The notes under the pieces were generated by a model. That model saw only the letters and a list, made by a program, of their open reading frames with translations. It was not told the DNA's origin and did not search any database. Shown here in pieces: positions 47,035-57,041 of a stretch of 64,000 bases of DNA (positions are counted from its first letter, which is position 1; each line of letters opens with the position of its first letter). The stretch lies in the IMG/VR virus record IMGVR_UViG_3300033070_001123. One strand, given 5' to 3'. The DNA is from a virus (lineage: Duplodnaviria > Heunggongvirae > Uroviricota > Caudoviricetes). The position numbers and the translations under genes are program-made.

Positions 47035-50000
47035 TTACACGACTCTTCTGTGTCTCAAAGCTCTAAAGAAGGGGTAGCCGTCACTCGTCATGAGGCCCGG
47101 CTTAATTACTAAGCCAGGATTTTCTTCTTTCATCTTTTTCATCAAAAGAGTCCCAACACCCTGCCTTCGGTATTTTGGAACAACCTCAATCATGCTAATA
47201 TGCAACTCATTGTCAAATATGTTGTAGCTCAGTTGTCCAACAAGATCTTTCGTTTGCGTATCGTAGGCTCGTATTACCATGTCTGATTGCCCATGATGAT
47301 ACCCGATACACTCTGAATCCTCAACCTCTATGTTACTCTTGATAGGCTCTGCGTTTCTCTGGGTCTCGTCCGGCGAAAACTCGCTTGCTAGTTTACATAA
47401 ATCATACCAACCGCTTGCTCTTCGTTTCGTTTTTCCTTTGAGCGCTTCCTTCTTTTTACGAGCAATCCCCTCAAGAGTCCAAAGTATCGTCGGGTAGCGA
47501 GACCTTTCTTGTTTCTTGTTGAAGTATTTACTTATCCATCTTGGTATTCTGATTTGGGTTTGCATGAGAAGTTTTTCAACATCTTCTATAACAGCGTCGT
47601 CAAGACAGTATGGAAGATTTTCCGCTCTAGCAGAATCAGCGGCTTCGTCTTGAATCTGCTGCTTTTCGTCCTCCCAATCGCTAAGCGCTTTTTGATACTC
47701 TTCAGGATCTTCAAAATCATCTTCCTGAGGTTCGTCTGGAAACTCTAAATAAGAATCATCATAGTGGTCAAAGAATTTCTCGTTGTTTTCTTGCCTCTTG
47801 TTATATATTTGCGCAATCTGAAACTGAGCATCAAGAACCTGAGCCATAAACCTTCTTTGATTTTTCTCGTCAAGCTGATCAAAGCTTCTAAGCTTGCTGT
47901 AATCAAACTCTTTAGCTTGACTCATATTGTAATAAGCCTTTTCAATAGTTTTCTGTTCAACAGCTTGCGGGCTTGTATATCTTTCCCATCCTTGCCATTT
48001 ATCTTTGAGAGCTTGATCTGTCTCTCTTTGAACTGCCGCCGCTGCCTCTGGTATATAGTCTTTGAGATATATCTTTTTGTTCTCGGGCGACATTCTATCG
48101 AACTGTTCTTTCTTCATAACGCTATGCTTTGCAGACTTATGCGCCCAATTCAATGCCATTGCTTTCATTTCTTTTTCGTTAATAAGACCTTGATTGAGTT
48201 TTTGTATATCAGAATCAACAGCGGCTCTGGCTAATACCTTCGAGACATGATGCGTTTGATATCCGCCGTCATTACGGTATCCTCTATCATTGTTGAGCTT
48301 TTTGTAAACAGCTTCATATGCGTCTTGATATTCCCATTTTGTTAGAGATACTGGTAAGCCGTAGCCCTCTGCTCCCTTATATATGGCTCTTTCAAGATCG
48401 TCGTCCATGCTTCCATAGCTAAGATCGCTATAATCAAAGTCGTCCATACCCTCAATAGCAGCGCCTTTGAGAGTTCTCATCCACTCGCCAATCATTGCTT
48501 TTAGATTGTCGCTTGGGTCTACGTTTCCAGTCTTTGGACCGTTGCCATAAATTTGTCTAAAGGTCCAACTATTAGGGCTAACTTCCATTGTTACATAAGG
48601 TACATTAGAAGGATCTCGAAGCGAAAAGATCCTGGTATTACCTTTCATAACGTCATCGCAATAACTTCCGACGCAATTGTGAGCAACAAGATGTTGAACT
48701 ACATAAGAATGTATTCCTTCAACTTCTATGTTATAAACCTTACCTGTAAATTGTATTTTTTCATGGCAAATAGGTTTAACTAAAACTTCTTTTTTATGTA
48801 TCCAAAAGTTTGATTTTCTAGAATCTCTTTTTATGCTTGCGTCAGCACCCTCAAGAGTGTATGCTGTTTTTCTATTTCTTTTAGTATTATCTTTTTTTGA
48901 TAAAGAAGGAAACCCTCCCAATCTAAGAGAGATCTCAGTCATTTGAAGAGCAAGCTCTTTGGATGTTTGATGTAAAACATTTCTGCCTTTGCATCCATCT
49001 CCATCAAATATTCCTTGCCAAATATAAATAACTTTTTCATTAGGCAAATTAAGGAATTGCGAAGGTATTTTTTTGTTAGAACATCCACATCCAAACATTT
49101 CACTGAACCATCTGCACAGCATTCTGCTGTTTACTAAAACAACTATTCCCCCAAATTCTTCCGAATCTTTTCTTATGCGCGGCGAAAAGCCATTTTTTGA
49201 GAAAAAATCAAAAATTCTATTAACATATTCTGTTTCTGTTTTTGAAAGAGCAAAACTCAGTTTGTCTCCGTCATTTGAGCCTTCCGCTATGTATATCCCA
49301 AAAATCCATAATAAATCTTTATCTACATTATATATCTTATTGCCTTTAGATTCGTTTATAATACAATGATCTGGAATTTTTATTTCATTTATATCTTCAA
49401 ATTCTTTTGGAACTCTTGATAAAATATACGAATCTTTTAGCGATTCTATAGGTTGCCACTCAATAATGTGTTTTTCCTCAGGTTTATTATTTCTACATAA
49501 AGATCCACACGTATGAAGTCTACAAGGCTTATTTCCTTTGTGATTCGATTTCAGAGATAAAAATAAATGTTCGGGAGTAACATATATAGGATCTGTACCT
49601 AATTTAGTTTGTAATTTAATAATTTCACCAACATAATCTCTTTCGAATTTTTCTGTTACTTTTTGAAATGTTCCATTTTCAACAAGAACTAAATCTCCTA
49701 TTTCTATTTCTTCTATAGGAATAAACCCTTGTTTAGTTCTTATTAAAGAACCAGCAGCAAAACAATGACCCATCTTACCGCCTTCGGTTCTTAGATTGTT
49801 CTTTGTTACAACTTGCTTGATTGTCCAACCGGCCCAATCAGGTCTACTCCATTGAGGACCAAATACAACGTCTTCTCTTTTTTCGCCGTAATACTCAAGA
49901 CCTTCGCCTTCTCCAGAAATAACATCATGCCAGTTTTCAGCAAACTGATCTGCTTGGTCAAGAGTTAGTCCGGCAAGGTTGGTGTTTGCATTTGTAACGC

Positions 50001-50532
50001 CGTATTCATTGATAACGATGGCTTTTTCTTCTGGCGTCTGAGCGGCTTGAAAAGCTTGTCTCGCAGGAAGAACGCCTCTTACATACCAGTCAAATATGCT
50101 TTGAGCAATATCTGGAATCAAAGTAAAATTGACATTTCCTCGGCCAGGAATTGAATATCCGTCACCAGTAAGAGCCATGCCGTCAGGTTTCTTCTTAATC
50201 TGATATTCATTTCTTGCTTTTCTTAGAGATACAAGTAGCCACTTCTGAAATTCAAGGTTCTGAAACCTATTGGCAAGCTGAAGCTCTTGAGGAGTATTTG
50301 GGTTTTGCTTAGGTTGTTGGTTCTGCGGCCTAATCTTGTCCATAAGCAAAGCTGACGGAGTTTGAGGAAACTTGCGCAGATAACCAATAACCTGTTGTTT
50401 TAGTTCTGGGTTTGTTATCGTTGTAACAAAGCTTACCGTTTCTTCAGGAACTCCAATTCGCGCAAGAAAAGCCTCAACAGAGTTATCGCCTGCTGCGGAT
50501 TCTTTTATGATTTGACCATAATACCAGTTCAT
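47035..50532 (-). CDS. Intein-containing protein (1165 aa). The 802-aa extein has an MNWY N-terminus and a C-terminal GNAT-like acetyltransferase motif.
   Basis: Residues 257-619 are an intein: N-terminal CFAAGSLIRT, TPEH block B, LAGLIDADG motifs (IFGIYIAEGS and IWQGIFDGDGC), C-terminal VYNIEVEG...VVQHLVAHN followed by Cys as the +1 residue. The C-terminal extein has VPKYRRQGVGTLLMKKM, a GNAT motif A. Confidence 0.7.
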   Translation of the reverse strand: MNWYYGQIIKESAAGDNSVEAFLARIGVPEETVSFVTTITNPELKQQVIGYLRKFPQTPSALLMDKIRPQNQQPKQNPNTPQELQLANRFQNLEFQKWLLVSLRKARNEYQIKKKPDGMALTGDGYSIPGRGNVNFTLIPDIAQSIFDWYVRGVLPARQAFQAAQTPEEKAIVINEYGVTNANTNLAGLTLDQADQFAENWHDVISGEGEGLEYYGEKREDVVFGPQWSRPDWAGWTIKQVVTKNNLRTEGGKMGHCFAAGSLIRTKQGFIPIEEIEIGDLVLVENGTFQKVTEKFERDYVGEIIKLQTKLGTDPIYVTPEHLFLSLKSNHKGNKPCRLHTCGSLCRNNKPEEKHIIEWQPIESLKDSYILSRVPKEFEDINEIKIPDHCIINESKGNKIYNVDKDLLWIFGIYIAEGSNDGDKLSFALSKTETEYVNRIFDFFSKNGFSPRIRKDSEEFGGIVVLVNSRMLCRWFSEMFGCGCSNKKIPSQFLNLPNEKVIYIWQGIFDGDGCKGRNVLHQTSKELALQMTEISLRLGGFPSLSKKDNTKRNRKTAYTLEGADASIKRDSRKSNFWIHKKEVLVKPICHEKIQFTGKVYNIEVEGIHSYVVQHLVAHNCVGSYCDDVMKGNTRIFSLRDPSNVPYVTMEVSPNSWTFRQIYGNGPKTGNVDPSDNLKAMIGEWMRTLKGAAIEGMDDFDYSDLSYGSMDDDLERAIYKGAEGYGLPVSLTKWEYQDAYEAVYKKLNNDRGYRNDGGYQTHHVSKVLARAAVDSDIQKLNQGLINEKEMKAMALNWAHKSAKHSVMKKEQFDRMSPENKKIYLKDYIPEAAAAVQRETDQALKDKWQGWERYTSPQAVEQKTIEKAYYNMSQAKEFDYSKLRSFDQLDEKNQRRFMAQVLDAQFQIAQIYNKRQENNEKFFDHYDDSYLEFPDEPQEDDFEDPEEYQKALSDWEDEKQQIQDEAADSARAENLPYCLDDAVIEDVEKLLMQTQIRIPRWISKYFNKKQERSRYPTILWTLEGIARKKKEALKGKTKRRASGWYDLCKLASEFSPDETQRNAEPIKSNIEVEDSECIGYHHGQSDMVIRAYDTQTKDLVGQLSYNIFDNELHISMIEVVPKYRRQGVGTLLMKKMKEENPGLVIKPGLMTSDGYPFFRALRHRRVV
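48676..49764 (-). mobile_element. Intein with a LAGLIDADG homing-endonuclease domain (363 aa) inside 47035..50532.
   Basis: I mapped the boundaries from codon positions. The Cys codon aca/TGT is at 49762-49764. The Asn codon att/AAT is at 48676-48678, followed by the Cys codon gca/TGC at 48673-48675. Confidence 0.65.
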
Positions 50533-50565
50533 ATTCTAAAATTCGTACTTTTACAATCAAAACCT

Positions 50566-52683
50566 TCAAAACTCTCTTATTACAATATCGTTTCCAAAAG
50601 TCTGATGAATATTGTTCTTGCAAACTTCTTTCATTCTTTTACAATACATTTCTTTTGCAGCGTTCATAGGAGCAAGGTTTCGATTAAAACAAGCATCGCA
50701 AGCGGTTAGGCTCGCCATTCTCTTGCAAGTATCAACCCTTCCTTTGTAAATATAATCGTCTGATAAATCGCCTTCGATTTTCCATGTACCATGATTGTTT
50801 ACTAAGTCTGTTTCTTTTGTATGCCTAAAAGATCCGTTTCTATAAAAGAACCAAAGATAGTTACAACCATACTCGCCTTTTTCAAAACCAGAATGACCAA
50901 TGCTTAAATAATTGTCGTCCAAGTCATAAACTTGTTCGCCTTGAGCTTTTTTGTACCAGTTTGTGCCAGAAGCATTCTTGGCTCCAGATATTCCAAAGTT
51001 CTTTTCATAATAGGTTGGAATTGCTTTGTCTTTGTTATTTAGAATGTAAGGTTCCATTTCTGGCCATCTTGCTTTCATAATGGTTACAGCATATTGACCA
51101 GCAGCCCATTCATTTTTGAGTTCCATGATTCTTTGTTCAAGCTCTGGCCATCTTTGTCTTACTAAGTCTCTTGCGTAATAAAGGGCCTCAGATAGCCCTC
51201 CCCATTTGTCATTAAGGAGTTTTGGCTCAATTTCTGGCCATCTTCCTTTGATAACTTCTTTTGCGTATTGGTACATATCCCATATCTTGTTGCTTTGTAT
51301 AATAGCTCTTTCAAGTTCAACCCATCTAAAATTGCAATTCTTGGCATAATCTATGGCATATTCAAAATCATAACTCTCTTGACCAACCTTGATTAAATAG
51401 TCTTCAAATCGCTTTTCTGCTCTTCTATTACCATTTAGATGCCAAAGATAACTAACAACTTCTTCTGCGCGAAGAGGATTGCTAAGCATCGCAGCTTCAT
51501 ACTCTGGCCAAGTAGAATAATCACCATTTCCAGGCTTACCCTCTCCAAAGTTGTAGCTTGAATATCTGTCTTTCCAATAATTATGAGCATATGTTGAGTT
51601 TATAATTTGAGCTTCATGTCTTTCTTCTGTCCAACGAAGGCCTCCAGAAAGGACCGCTTCCATATACTCTTCTATGCGAGAACCATTGATAACACCATAG
51701 TTCTTAAGCATCTTTTTATCAGATAAGATTGGTTTGAATATAACATTTTCTTCAACAGCTTTGAGTCTTCCAAAATCTCTTGCATACTCAAGTATGTCAT
51801 TAAAGAGATAAGACGGAAACTCTCCGTCGTTTTCTTGTAGTTCTTTTTCAAAGTAGTTTGCGAAATCAACGTCAGCGCCGTCATAAAATACGTTCTTAGC
51901 ATAGTTACCAAAGAAGTCTTCATCTTTGATATGACCAAGCTGAATAAGCTTTTTGAGAACCTCAATAAAAGATTGCGGAGGCTGATCTATGGATTTATCA
52001 AGAATATCCATTACTTGATCTAGGTCTTTTGTCGCTTGAGCATATTTCTGCCACTTGCCGCCTTCGTTATGCAAAAACAAAAATAAAGGCCCACCCTTCA
52101 AGTACATTTGCGCATTTTCAAGACCGTCATTATCAGCATTAGTACACCACTTTGTTCCTTTGCCAAGCTCGCAAACAGCCTCAGGCGTTGTCATTTCAAT
52201 AACGCGCCACTCATCGTCTCTATAAACCTCTCTGCTGCCTTGCATCTTTACATTCTTGGCAACCTGTCTTTTGCTTTCTTCATTAACACCAGTAACTTTG
52301 CTAACAGCCTCTTCAAGGTCTCCAAGAGAAGGATACTGTTGTATATTCTTTAGCTGAAACTTGTTATTTTGTTGCGTAAAGACAGATAAAGCTCTTGTTA
52401 GTCTGCCCAAATCTTCAGGGAGCCTTATTACGCCACGATTTAGCCATGCATATACAGGAAACAAGAAGCGATTTGGTATCTTGCCTTGAACTTCATGCAA
52501 AAATCCCTTATATCTGTTGAGATGAAACTCAAGCCTTGAAGCTCCTTTTTCATTTGTAAGCTTTGATAACTCAACAGCCGTTCCTCGGTCCCAGTTGTTC
52601 AATGACATTAAATAGGCTTGAGCGCCTTGACTAAAGCCTAAGGCTTGAAGATTAAGATCTGCTATACGAAGAAACCAACTCAC
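50566..52683 (-). CDS. Hypothetical protein (about 705 aa) with four tandem ~40-aa repeats of the form Y-A-x-x-V-I-K-G-R-W-P-E-x-E-P. Probable N-terminus MSWFLRIADL.
   Basis: Repeats: KGRWPEIEPKLL, RQRWPELEQRIM, KARWPEMEPYIL. The ORF-track start at 52731 is a TTG that overlaps the helicase gene by 52 nt. A GTG at 52683 gives a GTGA overlap with the helicase stop and an MSWF N-terminus. Confidence 0.45.
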   Translation of the reverse strand: MSWFLRIADLNLQALGFSQGAQAYLMSLNNWDRGTAVELSKLTNEKGASRLEFHLNRYKGFLHEVQGKIPNRFLFPVYAWLNRGVIRLPEDLGRLTRALSVFTQQNNKFQLKNIQQYPSLGDLEEAVSKVTGVNEESKRQVAKNVKMQGSREVYRDDEWRVIEMTTPEAVCELGKGTKWCTNADNDGLENAQMYLKGGPLFLFLHNEGGKWQKYAQATKDLDQVMDILDKSIDQPPQSFIEVLKKLIQLGHIKDEDFFGNYAKNVFYDGADVDFANYFEKELQENDGEFPSYLFNDILEYARDFGRLKAVEENVIFKPILSDKKMLKNYGVINGSRIEEYMEAVLSGGLRWTEERHEAQIINSTYAHNYWKDRYSSYNFGEGKPGNGDYSTWPEYEAAMLSNPLRAEEVVSYLWHLNGNRRAEKRFEDYLIKVGQESYDFEYAIDYAKNCNFRWVELERAIIQSNKIWDMYQYAKEVIKGRWPEIEPKLLNDKWGGLSEALYYARDLVRQRWPELEQRIMELKNEWAAGQYAVTIMKARWPEMEPYILNNKDKAIPTYYEKNFGISGAKNASGTNWYKKAQGEQVYDLDDNYLSIGHSGFEKGEYGCNYLWFFYRNGSFRHTKETDLVNNHGTWKIEGDLSDDYIYKGRVDTCKRMASLTACDACFNRNLAPMNAAKEMYCKRMKEVCKNNIHQTFGNDIVIREF

Positions 52684-54995
52684 CTTTTCTTTTTCCTTTT
52701 CTTCTTGGTACTCTTTGCCTTGACATACCAACCAACCTTGGAAGAAGCCTCTCTTCTTTCTTTCTTTTCTTCCTTGCTTGGAGCAAGAACATGCAAGCCC
52801 TTCATCGCTCTTGTATATGCGACATACTTAGCATTCTCTTCTTGTAAAAGCTCTTCTGGCGTTTTGGCTTTAGGATGAGGAAAGAGATTCGGTTCAAGAA
52901 TAAAGACTCTATCAAACTCCAAACCCTTAGATCTATGAGCAGAAGTAAGAGTTACATAGGATAGAGGGTCTTTCTTCTTCAAAGCCTCTGCTTCTTCCGC
53001 ATTATCCATATTGACACCAGCAAACTTCTTCTTGATATAATCAATAAAGCCCGTGCTGTCGTCAACTCTCATATTCAACTGAGGGTCTCTATAGCCAGAA
53101 GCCGCTAAATACTCAATAACATTACTCAAGGCTTCGGTTGTTGCCTTCATATCCTTGAGTTCTGACTCTCTTGCAATCTTGCCCTTCCAAGCTGTTTCTC
53201 TTTCGCTAAGGAAGTTGTTGATCGTTTCGCCAAGAACTCGTATAGGAACCTTCTTCGCCATTCTGCCCTTGCCCGTTATCTTTTCGATATGGTCAACAAG
53301 CTCTTTTGAGAAGTCTCTACCAATGATGACAAACTCAACATTGTTCTTCATAAGCTCAAGAGCAGTCTTTACAAGAGGAGAGTTCGTTCTCGCAATAAAC
53401 GCTGTTTGTTCCGCAAGCCTATTTCTTTGCCTCTTCTCGTTGAAGATATCGCCCATAGCTTCTTCAACCTTGCGGCCTTCGGTTACTTGACCGTCAAAGT
53501 CCCTACCAGCCTGAAGATTCTTAACATGGGTCTTTTCATTGACGTACTTGATAATGGCTCTTCCGCTTCTGTAGTTAACAGGAAGTTCATGAGGAACATT
53601 ACCGTTCGGAGCCTGACCAAGAACGCCTTGAACCTTCTGGAAAGCTTGAGCGTCAGCGCCTCTAAACATATAGATAGCTTGATTTGGGTCGCCTACCGCA
53701 ATAACCCTCGCGCCTGCCTGAGATAACTTCTGCAACATAATCGTTTGACAAGTATTGAAGTCTTGAACTTCGTCAGCCAAAACAACGTCAAAATGAGGCC
53801 ACTTTACGTCGTTGATCGCAGAATACCATAACGTATCGTCATGGTCTCTCATAGAGTTAAGCTCTGGCGTTGGCGCATTTCCGGGCAAGCAATAATGCAA
53901 CAAGTCAAGAGCCTTGTCTATAATCTGAGGCGCATAGTTGACGCCCGCTGCGTTTGGTTGCTTATCCTTATTAGGAGATAAGTCTGTATCAATATTGTAC
54001 TGACGGATAATCTCTGTCATTTGCTGAGCAGCATTTTGCGACTGAGGATGAACCGCAAACGCCTTACTCAAAGAAGCAAGTTGCTTGATTGTTTGCTTTG
54101 CAACGTATTTTACAGATTGAGGGAACGTGTTGTCTCTTTCCATCATGTGGTCAAGAATCTGAGTAATACGCTCGCCAAAGTTGTTCCATAAATCTGTATG
54201 CTGAATCATGTTAAGTTCAGAGCTTCGACCTAGAACTTGTCCAAGGAAGCTGTGGCTTGTCTTAACTTCAACACCGTTCGGGAACTTACCCTTGCCCGTA
54301 GAAGCTTCAACTTGGTTCTTTTTGTTGAAAACCAAGTATAGCCACTTTTCGCCAGGCGGCTTAAAGCTTGCCAAGTGACGAAGCATGGTCGTCTTACCAG
54401 ACCCGGCAAGAGCGTTGATCATAATGCTCTGAGGCGTATTAAGGAATGAGTTCTCAATATCTTTTTGTTGAGGACTGATTCTGTTGGCTGGAATTCGGCC
54501 AGGAGCTTCGGGTTGTTGCTGTTCAGCTTCTTGAGCTTTAGGATTGAGTTGATGATACTTGTTAAAAAGAACCGCAGGATTTGTGCCTGAAACCTTTTGA
54601 CCGTTTTCTTCAACTGACTTAATAGTTTTCGCAACTTCAGCGTTTGGGATTGTTCCAAAGTCGCCATTTTCTGTTTGATAGTCCCATCCCGTCGCTCCCT
54701 TAGCGGCAACAACAGGCTCGCCAGTTGCAATCATCGTTGCAAGAATCCATGTTCTTTGCTTTTCAGGCTGCGGCATAGCAGCCTGCGGCGGACGAGGTTG
54801 GGGAGCTTGAGGTTGTCTGTTCTGAGGAGCGGCAGGAGCTTCATTAAGCTTCCTTACTCCTTTGCATTGCGGATATTTGCTGCATCCAAAAAACTCGCCA
54901 TACGGTCCCTTCCTCTTCGTCATCGGAGAACCGCATAACGGGCATGGGCCGTTCGCTTTCTTCTTCATATTGCTCGCTTTCTTTAACCAATCCAT
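52680..54995 (-). CDS. UvrD/PcrA/Rep-like SF1 helicase with an N-terminal topoisomerase-type zinc ribbon.
   Basis: Zinc ribbon CPLCGS...GCSKYPQC. Walker A ALAGSGKTT, motif II VLADEVQDFN, motif III AVGDPNQAIYMFRGAD, and motifs V-VI TSAHRSKGLEFDRVFIL and YVAYTRA. Lys-rich C-terminal tail. Confidence 0.8.
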   Translation of the reverse strand: MDWLKKASNMKKKANGPCPLCGSPMTKRKGPYGEFFGCSKYPQCKGVRKLNEAPAAPQNRQPQAPQPRPPQAAMPQPEKQRTWILATMIATGEPVVAAKGATGWDYQTENGDFGTIPNAEVAKTIKSVEENGQKVSGTNPAVLFNKYHQLNPKAQEAEQQQPEAPGRIPANRISPQQKDIENSFLNTPQSIMINALAGSGKTTMLRHLASFKPPGEKWLYLVFNKKNQVEASTGKGKFPNGVEVKTSHSFLGQVLGRSSELNMIQHTDLWNNFGERITQILDHMMERDNTFPQSVKYVAKQTIKQLASLSKAFAVHPQSQNAAQQMTEIIRQYNIDTDLSPNKDKQPNAAGVNYAPQIIDKALDLLHYCLPGNAPTPELNSMRDHDDTLWYSAINDVKWPHFDVVLADEVQDFNTCQTIMLQKLSQAGARVIAVGDPNQAIYMFRGADAQAFQKVQGVLGQAPNGNVPHELPVNYRSGRAIIKYVNEKTHVKNLQAGRDFDGQVTEGRKVEEAMGDIFNEKRQRNRLAEQTAFIARTNSPLVKTALELMKNNVEFVIIGRDFSKELVDHIEKITGKGRMAKKVPIRVLGETINNFLSERETAWKGKIARESELKDMKATTEALSNVIEYLAASGYRDPQLNMRVDDSTGFIDYIKKKFAGVNMDNAEEAEALKKKDPLSYVTLTSAHRSKGLEFDRVFILEPNLFPHPKAKTPEELLQEENAKYVAYTRAMKGLHVLAPSKEEKKERREASSKVGWYVKAKSTKKKRKKKR

Positions 54996-55071
54996 CCGCT
55001 AAACCCCTTCTCGTCGAACGCCGCCATGCTCGCACGAAAAAATTTCCCAGAGGTATAATTGCTTAACTTTT

Positions 55072-55551
55072 TCACACTTTCCCTCTAAACCTACCGTCGT
55101 TCCTCATCCATGCCGGTATATAAGCCTTTGGATTCCTCTCCAACTCCCTAAGCTTCTCCGCCGCCATACGCTCTTGCTCCGCTGTCCATCCCCCAACCTG
55201 CTGACCAACCTCTAACCCATGCCTTATGTCCGCTGGCTTTCCTATCGAAGCGTCCATGCTGTCAAACTTCTCAACGCCCTTGCAGTATCTCATTGGAATG
55301 TCGCCAACCGTCGTTACTACCGTACCAACCCGACCTTCTATTAAATTTCGCGGAAGTACAAAAGAAAGGATTACTGTTTCGTCGCCCTCAAAGAACTGCT
55401 TCCCAAACGCCTTCGCTAACTCTTTGCTCGTTGTAAGGTTCGGTACGTCCGATTTCCTCAAAACGCCAGTCCTATTCATTAAAAGATAGTTCTCACGGCT
55501 GGTGCCATGATACAAAGTTACAAAGGTCTCGTTAGCGGCTTTATACCACAT
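55072..55551 (-). CDS. Hypothetical protein (159 aa). N-terminus MWYKAANE, followed by LYHGTS.
   Basis: I chose the ATG at 55551. The ORF-track start is a TTG. Confidence 0.45.
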   Translation of the reverse strand: MWYKAANETFVTLYHGTSRENYLLMNRTGVLRKSDVPNLTTSKELAKAFGKQFFEGDETVILSFVLPRNLIEGRVGTVVTTVGDIPMRYCKGVEKFDSMDASIGKPADIRHGLEVGQQVGGWTAEQERMAAEKLRELERNPKAYIPAWMRNDGRFRGKV

Positions 55552-55633
55552 GATACTATAGTATCGAAATATAAACAGCCTTTCCTTTCTCAACAATCAA
55601 GGATTAGAGCATACTTTCTCGATACATAGTGGT

Positions 55634-56746
55634 ATGAACTGGTACTCTAGAGCAAAGTTTGCAACAACGCCTATATGGAACGTCCAATATAACAGAGACT
55701 CCATATCAAGCATGCTCTATGCCCTCTATGAACTTACTTATAAGTACCAATACTTACAACACCATAACTTCAACGGCTACCCAAAGAGACTTGAAAATAT
55801 CCTCAAACAAATAGAAAACTCCGCAAGAACCGTTATCGCAGACTTTGTGGATATACTCGTTCCAGTCTTTGAAAACTGGCTTTCGGGTCACGCCCTCCTT
55901 ACCCCTCGAACTTGGGCAACCAAAAGAGCTAAAGAATGGTTTGAAATAAACGGAGATTCCCCGCAATCCCTCGCCGAAATGATCGAGAGCGAATGCGATA
56001 TGCAAAGACTAAGAAAGAAGTTTAACATTTCTCCAGAGCTACACCGACTCGACGAACCTGTTAAGAACGGCCAAGCTCCTGTTCTTCATAAACTCTTTGA
56101 AACCGCAAAGTATGAGCTTATTGAAGCTGATACCGAAAACGCTTTTTACGAAGCTAATAGAAACCAAGAAGAAATAGACGAGGAACAAATACAAGCTGAA
56201 ATCAAACAACGCTACGAAGAAATGCCGTTCTCCGAATATCTTAGCACCTGGCACGGCGACGATTTGGCAGGATTCCTTGAGGCCGCTTCCCAAATGTATG
56301 ACCTTGAGGAAATATGTATAGAGTTTGCTCAGTTCTTATGCTTCCCTATTTGGTACGGCTTCTGGAAGCCCCAAGGTATAGACCAAACAAGACAAAGAAT
56401 AGAGAATGCCTATAGCATGCTCAAGAGCGTTGAGAACCAACCTATCGGTCAAGCCCTCGCTACAATCAATATTGTTATCAACTCCGCTCACCAAACCGGA
56501 GACATGCTCGATTATATAGCTGACGTTACCCAAGACTCAAAGGGCGAGATTCGTCGAGCAATGGACCTTCTTAGTAATGCTACCGAGTTTGAGGAATGGG
56601 ACTTAGACCTTCGAGAGGTTGGGTTACAGTTGCCGCCAAAGACTCCTCCAACGGCTCCGCTCAAACCAATAACACAAAAACCCAACCAAGTTGGGCTTCC
56701 TCCTGTTGCGCGAAATCTATTGTTCGAGCCGCCTAAAGAGGTCTGA
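55634..56746 (+). CDS. Hypothetical protein (370 aa), N-terminus MNWYSRAKFA. One of the few plus-strand genes.
   Basis: ORF. ATG verified at 55634. Confidence 0.5.
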   Translation: MNWYSRAKFATTPIWNVQYNRDSISSMLYALYELTYKYQYLQHHNFNGYPKRLENILKQIENSARTVIADFVDILVPVFENWLSGHALLTPRTWATKRAKEWFEINGDSPQSLAEMIESECDMQRLRKKFNISPELHRLDEPVKNGQAPVLHKLFETAKYELIEADTENAFYEANRNQEEIDEEQIQAEIKQRYEEMPFSEYLSTWHGDDLAGFLEAASQMYDLEEICIEFAQFLCFPIWYGFWKPQGIDQTRQRIENAYSMLKSVENQPIGQALATINIVINSAHQTGDMLDYIADVTQDSKGEIRRAMDLLSNATEFEEWDLDLREVGLQLPPKTPPTAPLKPITQKPNQVGLPPVARNLLFEPPKEV

Positions 56747-57041
56747 CGCTTTCAAGTCTTGCCTTGCTTACCCTTACCTCGCCGCCATTCGCAGAATCGC
56801 CTCCTGATATTATATCAGCTTCTTCATACGAATAGGTGAGCAAAAGCTCTTGCCCGTCCGTCATATTACTGTAATAGTCTATAACGAACTGTTCTGTCGT
56901 TCCTAAGAAAGTATCGCCAACGACGCTGCCAATGGTAAGGTTGTATTGGAGGTTGCGGTTGGCTAGAGAATAAGCCTTGCCGTTGGCAAAGCCAACGACC
57001 TTAAACCCTGTTCTTCTATTTTGCGCGAATTTATACCACAT
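56733..57041 (-). CDS. Hypothetical protein (about 102 aa), N-terminus MWYKFAQN.
   Basis: I chose the ATG at 57041. The ORF-track start at 57065 is a TTG. The sequence ttataccacat at this start is identical to that at the 55551 start. Confidence 0.4.
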   Translation of the reverse strand: MWYKFAQNRRTGFKVVGFANGKAYSLANRNLQYNLTIGSVVGDTFLGTTEQFVIDYYSNMTDGQELLLTYSYEEADIISGGDSANGGEVRVSKARLESVRPL

